Source of the DNA: an uncultured virus (IMG/VR IMGVR_UViG_3300046675_000098)
Taxonomy: Duplodnaviria > Heunggongvirae > Uroviricota > Caudoviricetes
Virus record (IMG/VR): IMGVR_UViG_3300046675_000098
Length of the DNA stretch: 57,369 nucleotides
Strand: one strand, 5' to 3'
This document shows positions 35,333-44,423 of this stretch, piece by piece. The notes below the pieces were generated by a model that made no database searches, had not been told where the DNA came from, and was given only the letters and a program-made list of their open reading frames with translations. The stretch's first letter is position 1; each line of letters begins with the position of its first letter. A program made the translations under genes and the position numbers.

Positions 35333-37980
35333 CAGCGCCTCGTCATCTGCATGCGTCGAATCTGGGGTTCTAGCTTGGCGGCGATCTGCTTAGTCAACGC
35401 GTTGACATCCACACCGTTGCTACCGTTCACGGCGATGGCGAAGTGGTTCGTGACGTTGAGAGGCTGGTTCAGCGAGGCGTAACTGTTACTGGCGCCCCCG
35501 CCACCACCCATGGCGGCACCGATGTCCCCGATGTAGCCGAGGCTCTTGGCGGCGTCACGCGCCTCCGTGAGGGCACTCGGGTCCACGTGGTTCAGAGGGT
35601 TACCGTCGCTGACCCACGGGTTGAGCGTGTTCCCCGACGACTGATACACCATGTAGGCCATCTGAGCGGCGACCCAGGGATCGGTCATGGCTGAGTGGTC
35701 GGTGGTACCAGCGATCTTCTTGAGCCAGGGGTCTCGCTGCGTACCCAACTGCCCACCCGGTCCGTTCAAGAAGTTGACCTGCCACATGCCCCAGGAGTCA
35801 TCCTTGGGGCCAAGGGCATGCGCCGTGGGGTCGTAGTGCGACTCCCGAGACGGGATGGCACCCATGTCCACCAGATCCTCGCCTCGGAACCCCGCTGCGT
35901 AGAGCAGCTTCACAGCATCGGTGATCGACACCTTGCCACCCGTCAACGTGACCGAAGGGGCGGTACCACCAGTACCCCCATCGGTACCAGTACCAGTACC
36001 AGTGCCCGTACCTCCGCTCGGTGTGGGGGTGGTACCATTTCGATGGGCAGCGTAGTACCGGGCAGCAACAGTGTTGAGCGAATCAGTAGTAGCCGCAGCG
36101 CTCTCTTGCCTAAACGCCGCCAGAGCCTCGGTCTCAGTGCTGGTCACGTCACCGATCATCGTGCCCGCCACCTGCACGTGCCACGGCTCACCGAAGGTCT
36201 TGCCGGTATCGAGCCCGAACTTCTTGGCGTTGGCGTTGAGCCAACCCAGTTGCGAGGCAGGGCCGACGTCTGCGGCCTGGCCCCGACCATGGCGGCTCTT
36301 ACCCGGTGGCGCGATGTTGGCCTTGCCACTGTCCCACAACCGCTGCTGGGTACGGGCGTCCCGGAAGCCTGAGGTGATCTGGAGGTTGGGGTTCGCTGCC
36401 ATCATGGCGCCCATACGACTCCGCAGGTCAGGATTCAGTTGACTCATCCCTGGATCTCCCACAGGGGCATCGCTTACGAGATCCGTCCCTGCGCCAAGAA
36501 CTTGAGAGGCAGCACCTATGAAGTTGCCGCTCAGCAGGTCACCGATCCCGGCACTGACCCGGCCCTTGAGTCCGGTGGGCACCTTGGACAGCACCTTGTA
36601 GATGTCGTTCAGGTGGTTGTCCATGCTCTGCTGGAGAGCGATCATGGCTCGGTCGGTACCAAGTTGACTGATCATGGAGTCAGCCTGGTTGGCGTAGAAG
36701 TTCATGTCCCGCTTGCCCTCAGCGGTCTGGTTCAACTGCTCGTTGCGGGCCACGCTGTCGCCACGACCGATGGCCTTGTTCTGGTCCGGTGTGCCCTCGA
36801 AGAGCTTCTGCCCGGTGGGGTCGAATGCCGCCTGGCCGATGGCGTAGTCGAAGAAGTCGCTGATCTGCTGGCCGTCCCAGCCCAGCAGGCTCAGGTTGTA
36901 GTTCATGGTCGAGCCCGGTGCTCGGGCCGCTTCCAGTTCCTCTCGGGTGTAGGGCTGCCCCCGCTTGGTACCAACGCGACGGGCTTGCAGCACCTTGAGG
37001 ATGCCCTGGTAGTACTGGAAGGCTGACTGAGAGCCACCGCCCTTGGGCTGCATCCACGCGGCTGCTCCGAAGAACAACTGGCCCCGACGCTGGCCCTCGA
37101 CGTTGCTCTGGAGCGCCGTCACCCGCTGCGCTGCCTGCATGGCACTGGTGCCAGGCAGTAGCCCTTGCAACTGTTGGCCGCTTCGTACGTCAGCCGCACC
37201 GATCTGGCCCGCTATCCCCTGGCCCCCGAACACACCGCCCTGGGTAGCGAACAGGTTCATGGCCTGAGCTACCTCAGGAGCGCTACCCATGAGGGGCATG
37301 CTCCGGGCGAAGCCCCGGGCCTGCTGCACACTGCTGGTCCCTGTTGACAGACCAGTGCGAGACAGCCACATGTCCGTCTGCCCGCCCGTGGACAGGCCCC
37401 GGGCGAAGCGGTTGTTCATGGCGTCGAGACCCTTGGTAACGGCCCCCGCCACCGCCTGGGAGATCATCATGGCGATAGCCGCAGGCGGGAAAGCAGCAGC
37501 GGCACCAGCCGCCATGCCACCAGCCTCTACACCAGCAGCGGCCTCACCGGCTCCACCACTGCTGCCCATGAAGCTCTTCATCATCGAGCCCAGGCCGCTG
37601 CCGCTACCACTGCCACTGGCGCCCGTGAAGGTGTGCATGCCACCAGGGACACCACCGGAGACACCACCCGCGTTGCCCCGGGCTCCCCGTACCTTGGCTA
37701 GCTCAGCGTTGAGCTTGACCAGTTCATTGGTCCAGGACTTGGTATCGCGGGCCATGTCCCGGAACGAGGCCCGCAGGTTCCCGATCTCCGTGCGGACGTT
37801 GCCAAGCTCCCGCTTGAAATCCTGGAGGCCACCGATGTCGAACTTGAGGCCCGCTGAGGCAGCACTGGTCTGGCCCTTCGCCCGCCGTCCACCGAACATC
37901 GAGCCCATGCGGCTGCCCGAAGGGCTGCCACCGGGTCCCGAAGCTGCGGACGGTTCGATGTTGTCGTTAGGAGGAGCCAT
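35332..37980 (-). CDS. tape measure protein with M15 peptidase and lytic transglycosylase domains
   Basis: Gly/Ala-rich helical region; SGFR..Q..APPGKSRHG.G.AAD..EPWH; ES.YDP.A..DDSWG.WQVN. Confidence 0.85.
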   Translation of the reverse strand: MAPPNDNIEPSAASGPGGSPSGSRMGSMFGGRRAKGQTSAASAGLKFDIGGLQDFKRELGNVRTEIGNLRASFRDMARDTKSWTNELVKLNAELAKVRGARGNAGGVSGGVPGGMHTFTGASGSGSGSGLGSMMKSFMGSSGGAGEAAAGVEAGGMAAGAAAAFPPAAIAMMISQAVAGAVTKGLDAMNNRFARGLSTGGQTDMWLSRTGLSTGTSSVQQARGFARSMPLMGSAPEVAQAMNLFATQGGVFGGQGIAGQIGAADVRSGQQLQGLLPGTSAMQAAQRVTALQSNVEGQRRGQLFFGAAAWMQPKGGGSQSAFQYYQGILKVLQARRVGTKRGQPYTREELEAARAPGSTMNYNLSLLGWDGQQISDFFDYAIGQAAFDPTGQKLFEGTPDQNKAIGRGDSVARNEQLNQTAEGKRDMNFYANQADSMISQLGTDRAMIALQQSMDNHLNDIYKVLSKVPTGLKGRVSAGIGDLLSGNFIGAASQVLGAGTDLVSDAPVGDPGMSQLNPDLRSRMGAMMAANPNLQITSGFRDARTQQRLWDSGKANIAPPGKSRHGRGQAADVGPASQLGWLNANAKKFGLDTGKTFGEPWHVQVAGTMIGDVTSTETEALAAFRQESAAATTDSLNTVAARYYAAHRNGTTPTPSGGTGTGTGTGTDGGTGGTAPSVTLTGGKVSITDAVKLLYAAGFRGEDLVDMGAIPSRESHYDPTAHALGPKDDSWGMWQVNFLNGPGGQLGTQRDPWLKKIAGTTDHSAMTDPWVAAQMAYMVYQSSGNTLNPWVSDGNPLNHVDPSALTEARDAAKSLGYIGDIGAAMGGGGGASNSYASLNQPLNVTNHFAIAVNGSNGVDVNALTKQIAAKLEPQIRRMQMTRR

Positions 37981-38182
37981 TGATGTCCATGTAGTTCAGC
38001 GAGTTCATTCTCCAACGGATGAGAGCGACCCAGTAGTGGCGCTCCCGGTGGCACATGTTCTTGACCTCGGTCAGAGGCCAGCCTCGGTAGTGCTGACAGA
38101 TACCGTCGTACTCGACGTAGAGCAGAGCAAGGTTGGGCCTATAGAAGATCGGCCCACGACGGCGTGAACAGACTCTCCGCAC
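37967..38182 (-). CDS. small tail-assembly chaperone partner (start uncertain)
   Basis: YRGWPLTEVKNM..RER..W segment between chaperone and tape measure. Confidence 0.5.
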   Translation of the reverse strand: MRRVCSRRRGPIFYRPNLALLYVEYDGICQHYRGWPLTEVKNMCHRERHYWVALIRWRMNSLNYMDINGSS

Positions 38183-38954
38183 CGCACGCCGTACAGGGCA
38201 ACTTCACCTCCTCGAAGTACGGTCCTGGCTGCTTGGCTGTGATGTCACGGATGAGCCCCCGACGATCAGCGGCACCGAGATCACGAGCGAACCGCATGGG
38301 GTCCACCAGTGGCTTGCCGTTGACGGTGTCGATGACCCGGCTGAAGATGATCGTGTTCTCTTCAGGCATCGATGTGTTGGGCCGCTTGGTCGCCTCAGCC
38401 TGATCGGCGCCGGTCACGAGCCGGAACTCGATCCGGTCACCGTTGCGGCAGGTGTACTCGTAGGTGACCCGGGTGGGCTCATCCAGCTTGCGGACAGGAA
38501 CGTCCTCGCTCAGGGAGAAGAAGACCTCATTGCCTGCGCCGCACGTCTGGCACGTCACCGGAGTGGTGCGCTCATCGCCGTAGGTGACGCGCAAGACGTT
38601 GAGGAACAGCATCTCCTTCTCCCCGACGAGCAGGAGATCGAGCACGCCAAGACGTTCCGACACCCCCATCTTCTCCAGGTCGAACTGACCGACCTGGACC
38701 ACGCCGAAGGTGAGCACTGCGTTGATGTACTGCGTAGCCGATGACGCCCCCATCATGCGAGCGATGGCCTCTTCGTCGGCACCGGTCAGTTCCTTGACCC
38801 GTGCCTCGCCCTCCCACCTGCCGACACTCGGGTCGTACACACCCCGGAACAGGGCGACCGTTGTGTCAACAGGCTCGGACATGAGAGGCTGCTCACCCCG
38901 CATGATCTCCTTGGCCTTGGAGAGATCACTCTCACTAGGCGCGAACGACGACAT
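38139..38954 (-). CDS. tail assembly chaperone / baseplate hub assembly protein
   Basis: ELTGADEE, LR.TYG, two CxxC motifs; located between tube and tape measure. Confidence 0.75.
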   Translation of the reverse strand: MSSFAPSESDLSKAKEIMRGEQPLMSEPVDTTVALFRGVYDPSVGRWEGEARVKELTGADEEAIARMMGASSATQYINAVLTFGVVQVGQFDLEKMGVSERLGVLDLLLVGEKEMLFLNVLRVTYGDERTTPVTCQTCGAGNEVFFSLSEDVPVRKLDEPTRVTYEYTCRNGDRIEFRLVTGADQAEATKRPNTSMPEENTIIFSRVIDTVNGKPLVDPMRFARDLGAADRRGLIRDITAKQPGPYFEEVKLPCTACGAESLFTPSWADLL

Positions 38955-38964
38955 CAGCTACCTC

Positions 38965-39522
38965 CTACGCCGTGATGGCGTCCTGGTTCCAGAACACCTC
39001 GAAGCCCTCGTGGTGCATGGTCATCTGAGAGATGAGCACGCTGTTGCCAGCGGCGTCGAGATCGTTGAAGGCCACCGACCCGACCCAGCAGTTGTAGAAC
39101 TTGAACGCCAGCCTGGCGCCATGGATGGCGTCGTTCGGCGCCCCTGACTCCGGGCCGGACGTGACCGGGTGATCGAGCACGCGCACCGTGGTGATGAAGC
39201 GGAACTGCTCTCCCGATCCAAGCCCTCCTGGGTCACCCCAGTTGAGGTTGAACATCTTCTTGGCCAGGTTCCACATGCCCGGGCGCGTGAACGCCACCCC
39301 CTGGATGAGAGTGAGCGGACCGAAGTCGGTGTTAGCTGGCAGCTTGTGGTAGTTGGTGTTCCAACCACCTTCGCGGTAGTTGGTCACCTCCGTGGTCATG
39401 TTGATGCCCGCCACGTTGGTGAATCCCATCTGCGCGAAACCCGAGATGGGGGGTTGGTCGATGATCACGGAGAACTTGAAGTTCCGCATCGGGTCATCTT
39501 GAGGCCGAAGACCAATCGTCAT
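38965..39522 (-). CDS. tail tube protein (T4 gp19-like)
   Basis: DPMRNFKF, YREGG, LDA.GN, HEGF. Confidence 0.9.
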   Translation of the reverse strand: MTIGLRPQDDPMRNFKFSVIIDQPPISGFAQMGFTNVAGINMTTEVTNYREGGWNTNYHKLPANTDFGPLTLIQGVAFTRPGMWNLAKKMFNLNWGDPGGLGSGEQFRFITTVRVLDHPVTSGPESGAPNDAIHGARLAFKFYNCWVGSVAFNDLDAAGNSVLISQMTMHHEGFEVFWNQDAITA

Positions 39523-39539
39523 GTTGATTCAACTCCCTT

Positions 39540-41150
39540 CTAGATCGTGATGGCTTCGGATACGATGGACGAACCCGAATCGAACTGGCTGACGCGGATG
39601 ACGACGAACTCCGCAGGGAACTGGAGCGCTAGGCCCACCTCCATGCGAACCTCGCCGGACTGGATGACCTGCGGGTTGTTGAGCGTGTCATCACAGTGCA
39701 CGAAGTACGCGTCGCTGGCGCTGTTGCCAGCGAGACCACCGGACTCCCACACCGGCTGGAGCAGGTTGATGACGGCATTGCGGAGTGACGACCACAAGCG
39801 CTGGTCGTTGTTCTCGAAGACCGCCCACTGAGTGGAGCGCTTGATGGACTCCTCGATGTAGATGAGGGTCCTTCGGTCGCTCACGTAGCGGTCGGGGCCG
39901 TAGAGCTTCCGAGTGCGGGCACCCATGACACAGATGCCACTACCTGGTACCGGCCGGATCACGTTGATGTTCTGGCTGTTCAACGTGCCCTGGTCGGTCT
40001 CGGTGAACCGAAGCTCAGGGGCTACAGCGGTTGACAGCACCGCAGGGGTGCCCGCAGGAGCCCGCCACGGCCCGACTGTGGCGTCCACCCGGGCGATCAT
40101 GCCGATGACAGAGCCCGAGGGAGGCACGGTGATCGTGGCCCCGGCCCTCGACGGGTCCGGCACCGTGATCCAGGGGCCGTACAACGCCGTGTAGGAGTCG
40201 GCGGCGCCCAGTTGCCCCGCCAGGGCGATGATGTCGGCCTTGTAGTCGCCACCCGTCGCCAGAGCCAGGGGCTTGCCGTCCCACACCACGAAGCAGTTGT
40301 TGCGGCCGTTGGCGTTGAGCGCCGCCGCTGCTGCTCCCGGTGCCGGGATGATCGTGACACCCGCCGCCGTCACGAAGGGCTGGAAGCCGACGATGAGCGG
40401 GCTGTCGATGACCCGCATGGCGTCGATGACAGCCTGAGTGGTCAGGTCACCGGCAGCCGGGGTGCCGGGGTCCACGCCTGCTGCCAACTGGTAGGACCCA
40501 GCCGCAGGATCGACGTTGGTTCCCATCACCACGTTGATGTAGCGGGACCCGGCCAGCGGATCATTGATCGCCGCCAGCACCGGACGGGTACCAGGGACGC
40601 CGGTCATCGAGAGGTTGGAGAACGTCTCCAACAGGGTGCTGTCAGAGAACCGGCTCACCGTCAACGAGAAGATCAGCTTCGGTGGCGTGGATGCGTCGAG
40701 CGTCTGCTGCGCTACCCGCACCACGAGATCGTTGCCCCACTTGCCAGCACCGTCAGCATTGCACGTGAACGAGCTTCCGGCAGTCGGCGTAGTCACATCC
40801 GCGACCGCCTTGGTGGCGACCACACCACGCGCATTGGTGGCCGCGGGACACACCCGCACGATCCAGCACTGGCGCCCACCGTTCTGGTAATAGTTGTAGA
40901 CGGCGTGCGGGAGGTACGACATCAGGGTGCTGTCCACACCCGGGGCGGTGCCGTCGTGCACGGTGATGGTGTCGAAACCACCGAACTGCTGCACGTAGTC
41001 CGACCACGATGCGATGGGCGTGGCAACGAGAAGCGGCCCCTTGGCGGCAACGCCAGCGAAGACGCCGACCGCCGTGGCACTTCCGGCTTGGGTTGGTTGG
41101 TTCTGTAGCTGCTCTACCAGGTAAACGCCTGGGCGTCGAGTGTCACTCAC
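39540..41150 (-). CDS. tail sheath protein
   Basis: RPGVY, PPSG, W.APAG, GART, VFENND..LW, PAEFV. Confidence 0.95.
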   Translation of the reverse strand: MSDTRRPGVYLVEQLQNQPTQAGSATAVGVFAGVAAKGPLLVATPIASWSDYVQQFGGFDTITVHDGTAPGVDSTLMSYLPHAVYNYYQNGGRQCWIVRVCPAATNARGVVATKAVADVTTPTAGSSFTCNADGAGKWGNDLVVRVAQQTLDASTPPKLIFSLTVSRFSDSTLLETFSNLSMTGVPGTRPVLAAINDPLAGSRYINVVMGTNVDPAAGSYQLAAGVDPGTPAAGDLTTQAVIDAMRVIDSPLIVGFQPFVTAAGVTIIPAPGAAAAALNANGRNNCFVVWDGKPLALATGGDYKADIIALAGQLGAADSYTALYGPWITVPDPSRAGATITVPPSGSVIGMIARVDATVGPWRAPAGTPAVLSTAVAPELRFTETDQGTLNSQNINVIRPVPGSGICVMGARTRKLYGPDRYVSDRRTLIYIEESIKRSTQWAVFENNDQRLWSSLRNAVINLLQPVWESGGLAGNSASDAYFVHCDDTLNNPQVIQSGEVRMEVGLALQFPAEFVVIRVSQFDSGSSIVSEAITI

Positions 41151-41219
41151 GAGATGTCTCCTGTGTTAGGTGTGTTACGTCAGGTTGAGTCATCAAGTGG
41201 TCCGTGCCTTCAGGCGGGC

Positions 41220-42035
41220 TCATCGTTCAGCAATGCTCTCCCACCACTCTGTGGGAGGGTGTGTCGTAGTGGACGGCGGCGTGTTAGCAGAGCCGGTCAC
41301 CCACATGCCGGAAACAGTCTCCTGCATCCGGTACAAGAGCTTCTGGATGTAGGGCTGAAGCTCAAGATCTTCGAGGCGGTCCTGCGGAATGTCGGTCTGG
41401 ATGGACAGGGTGATGATCTTGCGGAAGATGCGCCGGGAAGCGCCCTCCTGCGTAGCAACATCAGCCTGCGCCCAGTCCAAGAACTCCAGGCGCCGGTACA
41501 CCTGATCAGCGGGCACCAGGAGCCACTTGGGCCGTGGCCCGATGACGTCTCGGATCATGCGCGCCGTCAGCATGCGATCGTGCACCGCATTGTTGGTCCA
41601 CAGACCCACCTGGTAGTAGAGCCGGTAGGTGATGTAGTGGGCGCGACGGAAGAACAGGCCCGGGTACTGGTCCGCATCGATGCTGGGTGACGTCGAAGGG
41701 TCGTAGAGCCCCATCCTGACGAACGACCCCTCGTCCTCGATCTGCTCCGAGTCGGGGAACAGGTCGTACTCGCTGGTGTGCAGATCGTAGGCAGGCTCCA
41801 CGCCGATCAGGTCGATCGTGGCGAAGGGGTAGGTGGTGGCATGGGCGGCGTCGGGGTAGCGGTACCAGACCCGGATGGTGTCATCGACACCCGTGCTCTT
41901 GGGGAGCTTGATCGCCCCCTCCAGGTAGGCCTTGAGCGCTTCCTCCTCGGCCAGGATGAACCCCAGGTGCTCGGGATACTCCGGGGGTGGCTGCGGAGGC
42001 TGACGAGGCCTCGTGCGGGGTGTCTGCGGCGCCAT
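41220..42035 (-). CDS. tail terminator/completion protein
   Basis: position before sheath; YP...YPFATIDL, YQV. Confidence 0.65.
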   Translation of the reverse strand: MAPQTPRTRPRQPPQPPPEYPEHLGFILAEEEALKAYLEGAIKLPKSTGVDDTIRVWYRYPDAAHATTYPFATIDLIGVEPAYDLHTSEYDLFPDSEQIEDEGSFVRMGLYDPSTSPSIDADQYPGLFFRRAHYITYRLYYQVGLWTNNAVHDRMLTARMIRDVIGPRPKWLLVPADQVYRRLEFLDWAQADVATQEGASRRIFRKIITLSIQTDIPQDRLEDLELQPYIQKLLYRMQETVSGMWVTGSANTPPSTTTHPPTEWWESIAER

Positions 42036-42400
42036 CAGTAGCCGTGCCTCTGGAAGGCCTCACGCATGGACCAGCCCATGTCCACCACCGCCGACTGGAG
42101 CCCCATGCGGATCAGCGGCGCCGGAGGGTGGTCCTTGGTGCCGTACTCAGCCTCGAAGGCCTGCTGGCGCAGAGCCTCGTCCCGCACGCCGAACTGGATG
42201 TTGCCCTTGGGGTCGGCCCACATGTCGATGGCGCTGGCCATGGTCGCCCAGCGGGGATGCGCCGCCGCTGCGTCTCGCATCCTGTCTCGCTGGGCATTGG
42301 CCGCACCCCACGTGACTTCCTCGACCAAGTCCTCCGCGTCCTGGAGAACGGCTTCGATGACGGCCACGATGTCATCGCCACCTGACACGGCCTCAGCCAT
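42035..42400 (-). CDS. neck/tail completion protein
   Basis: EYGT..PP.P motif; start MAEAV after a GGAGG ribosome-binding site. Confidence 0.65.
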   Translation of the reverse strand: MAEAVSGGDDIVAVIEAVLQDAEDLVEEVTWGAANAQRDRMRDAAAAHPRWATMASAIDMWADPKGNIQFGVRDEALRQQAFEAEYGTKDHPPAPLIRMGLQSAVVDMGWSMREAFQRHGY

Positions 42401-42490
42401 GTGGTGTCCTCCTGGTCTAGGCAACTGGGTCGGGGCCAGCATGGCGATCCGACGCCAGCACCGTACCAGGCTGCTGACTCAGCGGTTGAG

Positions 42491-43015
42491 TTACGCAGGC
42501 GCCGGGAAGATCGGCGGCGGGAAGTCCCAGATGTACTCGTCCTCGGGGTAGGTCTCCGTGCACGTGATGCCCGCGATGGTGTCCTCCCGGATGCGGCCCC
42601 GGATCTGGAAGTTGTTCACCTCGAAGTAGCGCCCGTCGTAGTACACGATGTCGTTGAGCCGGTCATCGAACCACTTGGCGCCGATGAGCCCCCGGTCCCA
42701 GATCCGGTGGCCGTGCGCCTCCTGGAGCCCGATGCCTACCTCGGTGATGGCACGAGCCCACACGGAGAAGCGCAAGGTGACGACGTTGCGGCGTCCCTCG
42801 GGGAGGTACTGCTCCGGCGCCTCGCCCTGGTCGATCCACAACGTGGGGACGTTGATGCCCCGCTTGTAGACGCGCCCGCCCTCGTCGTACACATGGTCGT
42901 ACTGAGATGAGTCAGCATCGAACTCGAACCAGATGACGTTCTCACCGATCTTGTTGTGGTAGCGCGCCATCTCCCGCTGGATGTGGTTCGACTCACGACG
43001 GCTATCCAGAGCCAT
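42491..43015 (-). CDS. head-to-tail stopper/closure protein
   Basis: D.VYDEG, L.D...YDG..F.V; position in neck module. Confidence 0.65.
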   Translation of the reverse strand: MALDSRRESNHIQREMARYHNKIGENVIWFEFDADSSQYDHVYDEGGRVYKRGINVPTLWIDQGEAPEQYLPEGRRNVVTLRFSVWARAITEVGIGLQEAHGHRIWDRGLIGAKWFDDRLNDIVYYDGRYFEVNNFQIRGRIREDTIAGITCTETYPEDEYIWDFPPPIFPAPA

Positions 43016-43451
43016 GGAAGCTCTCCCCTCGGCTCTTGAGCTTGCCGAACTCCTTGATCTCGTTGGCCACGAGCGGGAGGATCTGCTGCTCGTGCACCTT
43101 CTCGTTGAGGGGTTCGGCCTTCACACGAGCCTCGCCGCGCTGCTCAGGTTGCTCGCCACCCGTCTTCTTGCGCCAGGCGTTCCCCATGTCCGTCAGTTCC
43201 TCGGAGTGGGGTGGTGAGCCCGCCGCCTCGTGCATGCGTCCGGCGATGCCCTTGCCCCGAAACTCCTTCTTCACGAAGATCGTGCCGATCTTGCCCGAGG
43301 GCTGGATGTCCATGAACCCGGCTGGGCGGCGGCGCTGGGTCCCCGTGAACGCCGCCGCCTCGGTGCCGAAGTCGGTCCCCATGGTGTAGATGTGGAACGT
43401 CGAACCAGGCATGTCCTCGGCTCGGAACTGCGGCTGGCCTGCGGACTCCAT
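43002..43451 (-). CDS. GNAT-like acetyltransferase
   Basis: acetyl-CoA motif A IFVKKEFRGKGIA; TGATG coupling. Confidence 0.65.
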   Translation of the reverse strand: MESAGQPQFRAEDMPGSTFHIYTMGTDFGTEAAAFTGTQRRRPAGFMDIQPSGKIGTIFVKKEFRGKGIAGRMHEAAGSPPHSEELTDMGNAWRKKTGGEQPEQRGEARVKAEPLNEKVHEQQILPLVANEIKEFGKLKSRGESFHGSG

Positions 43452-44245
43452 CAGCCGCTCTGACCGAAGGAGGTCCAACCGCCGTAGGCCAGGCTGGGCG
43501 GCTCGGGCATCGACACGACTGTGGCGTCATCTGATTCGAGCGTGCCGTCCGGGATGGGCAGCAGGATGCGCTGCGGCAGCCGGGGATCATCCACCTCACG
43601 CTCCCGGATGAGTGGTACCAGACGGTTGGTCAGGTAGGCCACCCGGCGCAGCGTGAACTGCTCGAACTTGCCGAGGCCCACACCGATCAGGGCTGCCTCG
43701 TCCTTGTACTGCTGCGTCCAGAATCCAGCCATCTCCCACATCTGCTGGAAGCGCTGATGGGCCGGGATCATCATGCCCTCGGGTGTTGACACATCAATGT
43801 CGGTGGCGAACTCAGCCAGGAGTGACCACATGGCCATGCTCACCGCTCCCGTGGCGATGACGTCACACTCGACGGCCGAGTAGTCCGCAACGTCCACCTC
43901 ACGGTCGTAGCCGTGCTGGTTACTGACCACGCCCGACGCGTACAGCAGGTCGTCGGGCATGAACCACTCGTAGTAGTACCCCGAGATGCCGATACCGTCA
44001 GTGAAGGTGCTCGGGTCCTTGAGCTTGATGAGTCCGTTGCGCCCGTCGATGGTGTAGGCGACACCGCCTGTGTTGTCCACCACCGTGCCGTCGCTCTGCC
44101 ACACCTGCACTGACGCCGGGTCCACGTTGGGGTGCGGACACCGGATGGTGTAGATGGGCGTGGCCGTGTAGGGCACCTCGAAGTACTGCGGGAAGTCACG
44201 CAGCTTCATGCGAGCCTTGGCCGCGATCTCAGCCGGTGTACACAT
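43451..44245 (-). CDS. head-to-tail adaptor
   Basis: LRD, DIDVSTPEG..IP..QRF, LRRV...TNRLVP...E.DD. Confidence 0.7.
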   Translation of the reverse strand: MCTPAEIAAKARMKLRDFPQYFEVPYTATPIYTIRCPHPNVDPASVQVWQSDGTVVDNTGGVAYTIDGRNGLIKLKDPSTFTDGIGISGYYYEWFMPDDLLYASGVVSNQHGYDREVDVADYSAVECDVIATGAVSMAMWSLLAEFATDIDVSTPEGMMIPAHQRFQQMWEMAGFWTQQYKDEAALIGVGLGKFEQFTLRRVAYLTNRLVPLIREREVDDPRLPQRILLPIPDGTLESDDATVVSMPEPPSLAYGGWTSFGQSG

Positions 44246-44423
44246 GCTCGACGTCCTTCCGTTCTCGGGCTTCCTGGAACGCCTGGCGAATCATATCCAC
44301 CACAGCGTCCTCGTCGCTGGGATCGAGAATCACCGACAGGAGCACCGGGCCGTAGAGAACTGTCAGCTTCATGCCCCCTGTCTCTGTTGTCTCAGCATGA
44401 ATCTGCATGGGGTGCTCCTTCAT
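44229..44423 (-). CDS. small hypothetical protein
   Basis: ATGA overlap with the upstream stop. Confidence 0.5.
   Translation of the reverse strand: MKEHPMQIHAETTETGGMKLTVLYGPVLLSVILDPSDEDAVVDMIRQAFQEARERKDVEHVYTG

Noticed and set aside
35962..36012. Tandem GTACCA repeats
   Set aside because: Explained by a Gly-Thr linker (GTGTGTG) in the tape measure protein.
39540..41150. Extracellular contractile injection system or tailocin instead of a phage
   Set aside because: Portal, scaffold, capsid and full replication genes are present.
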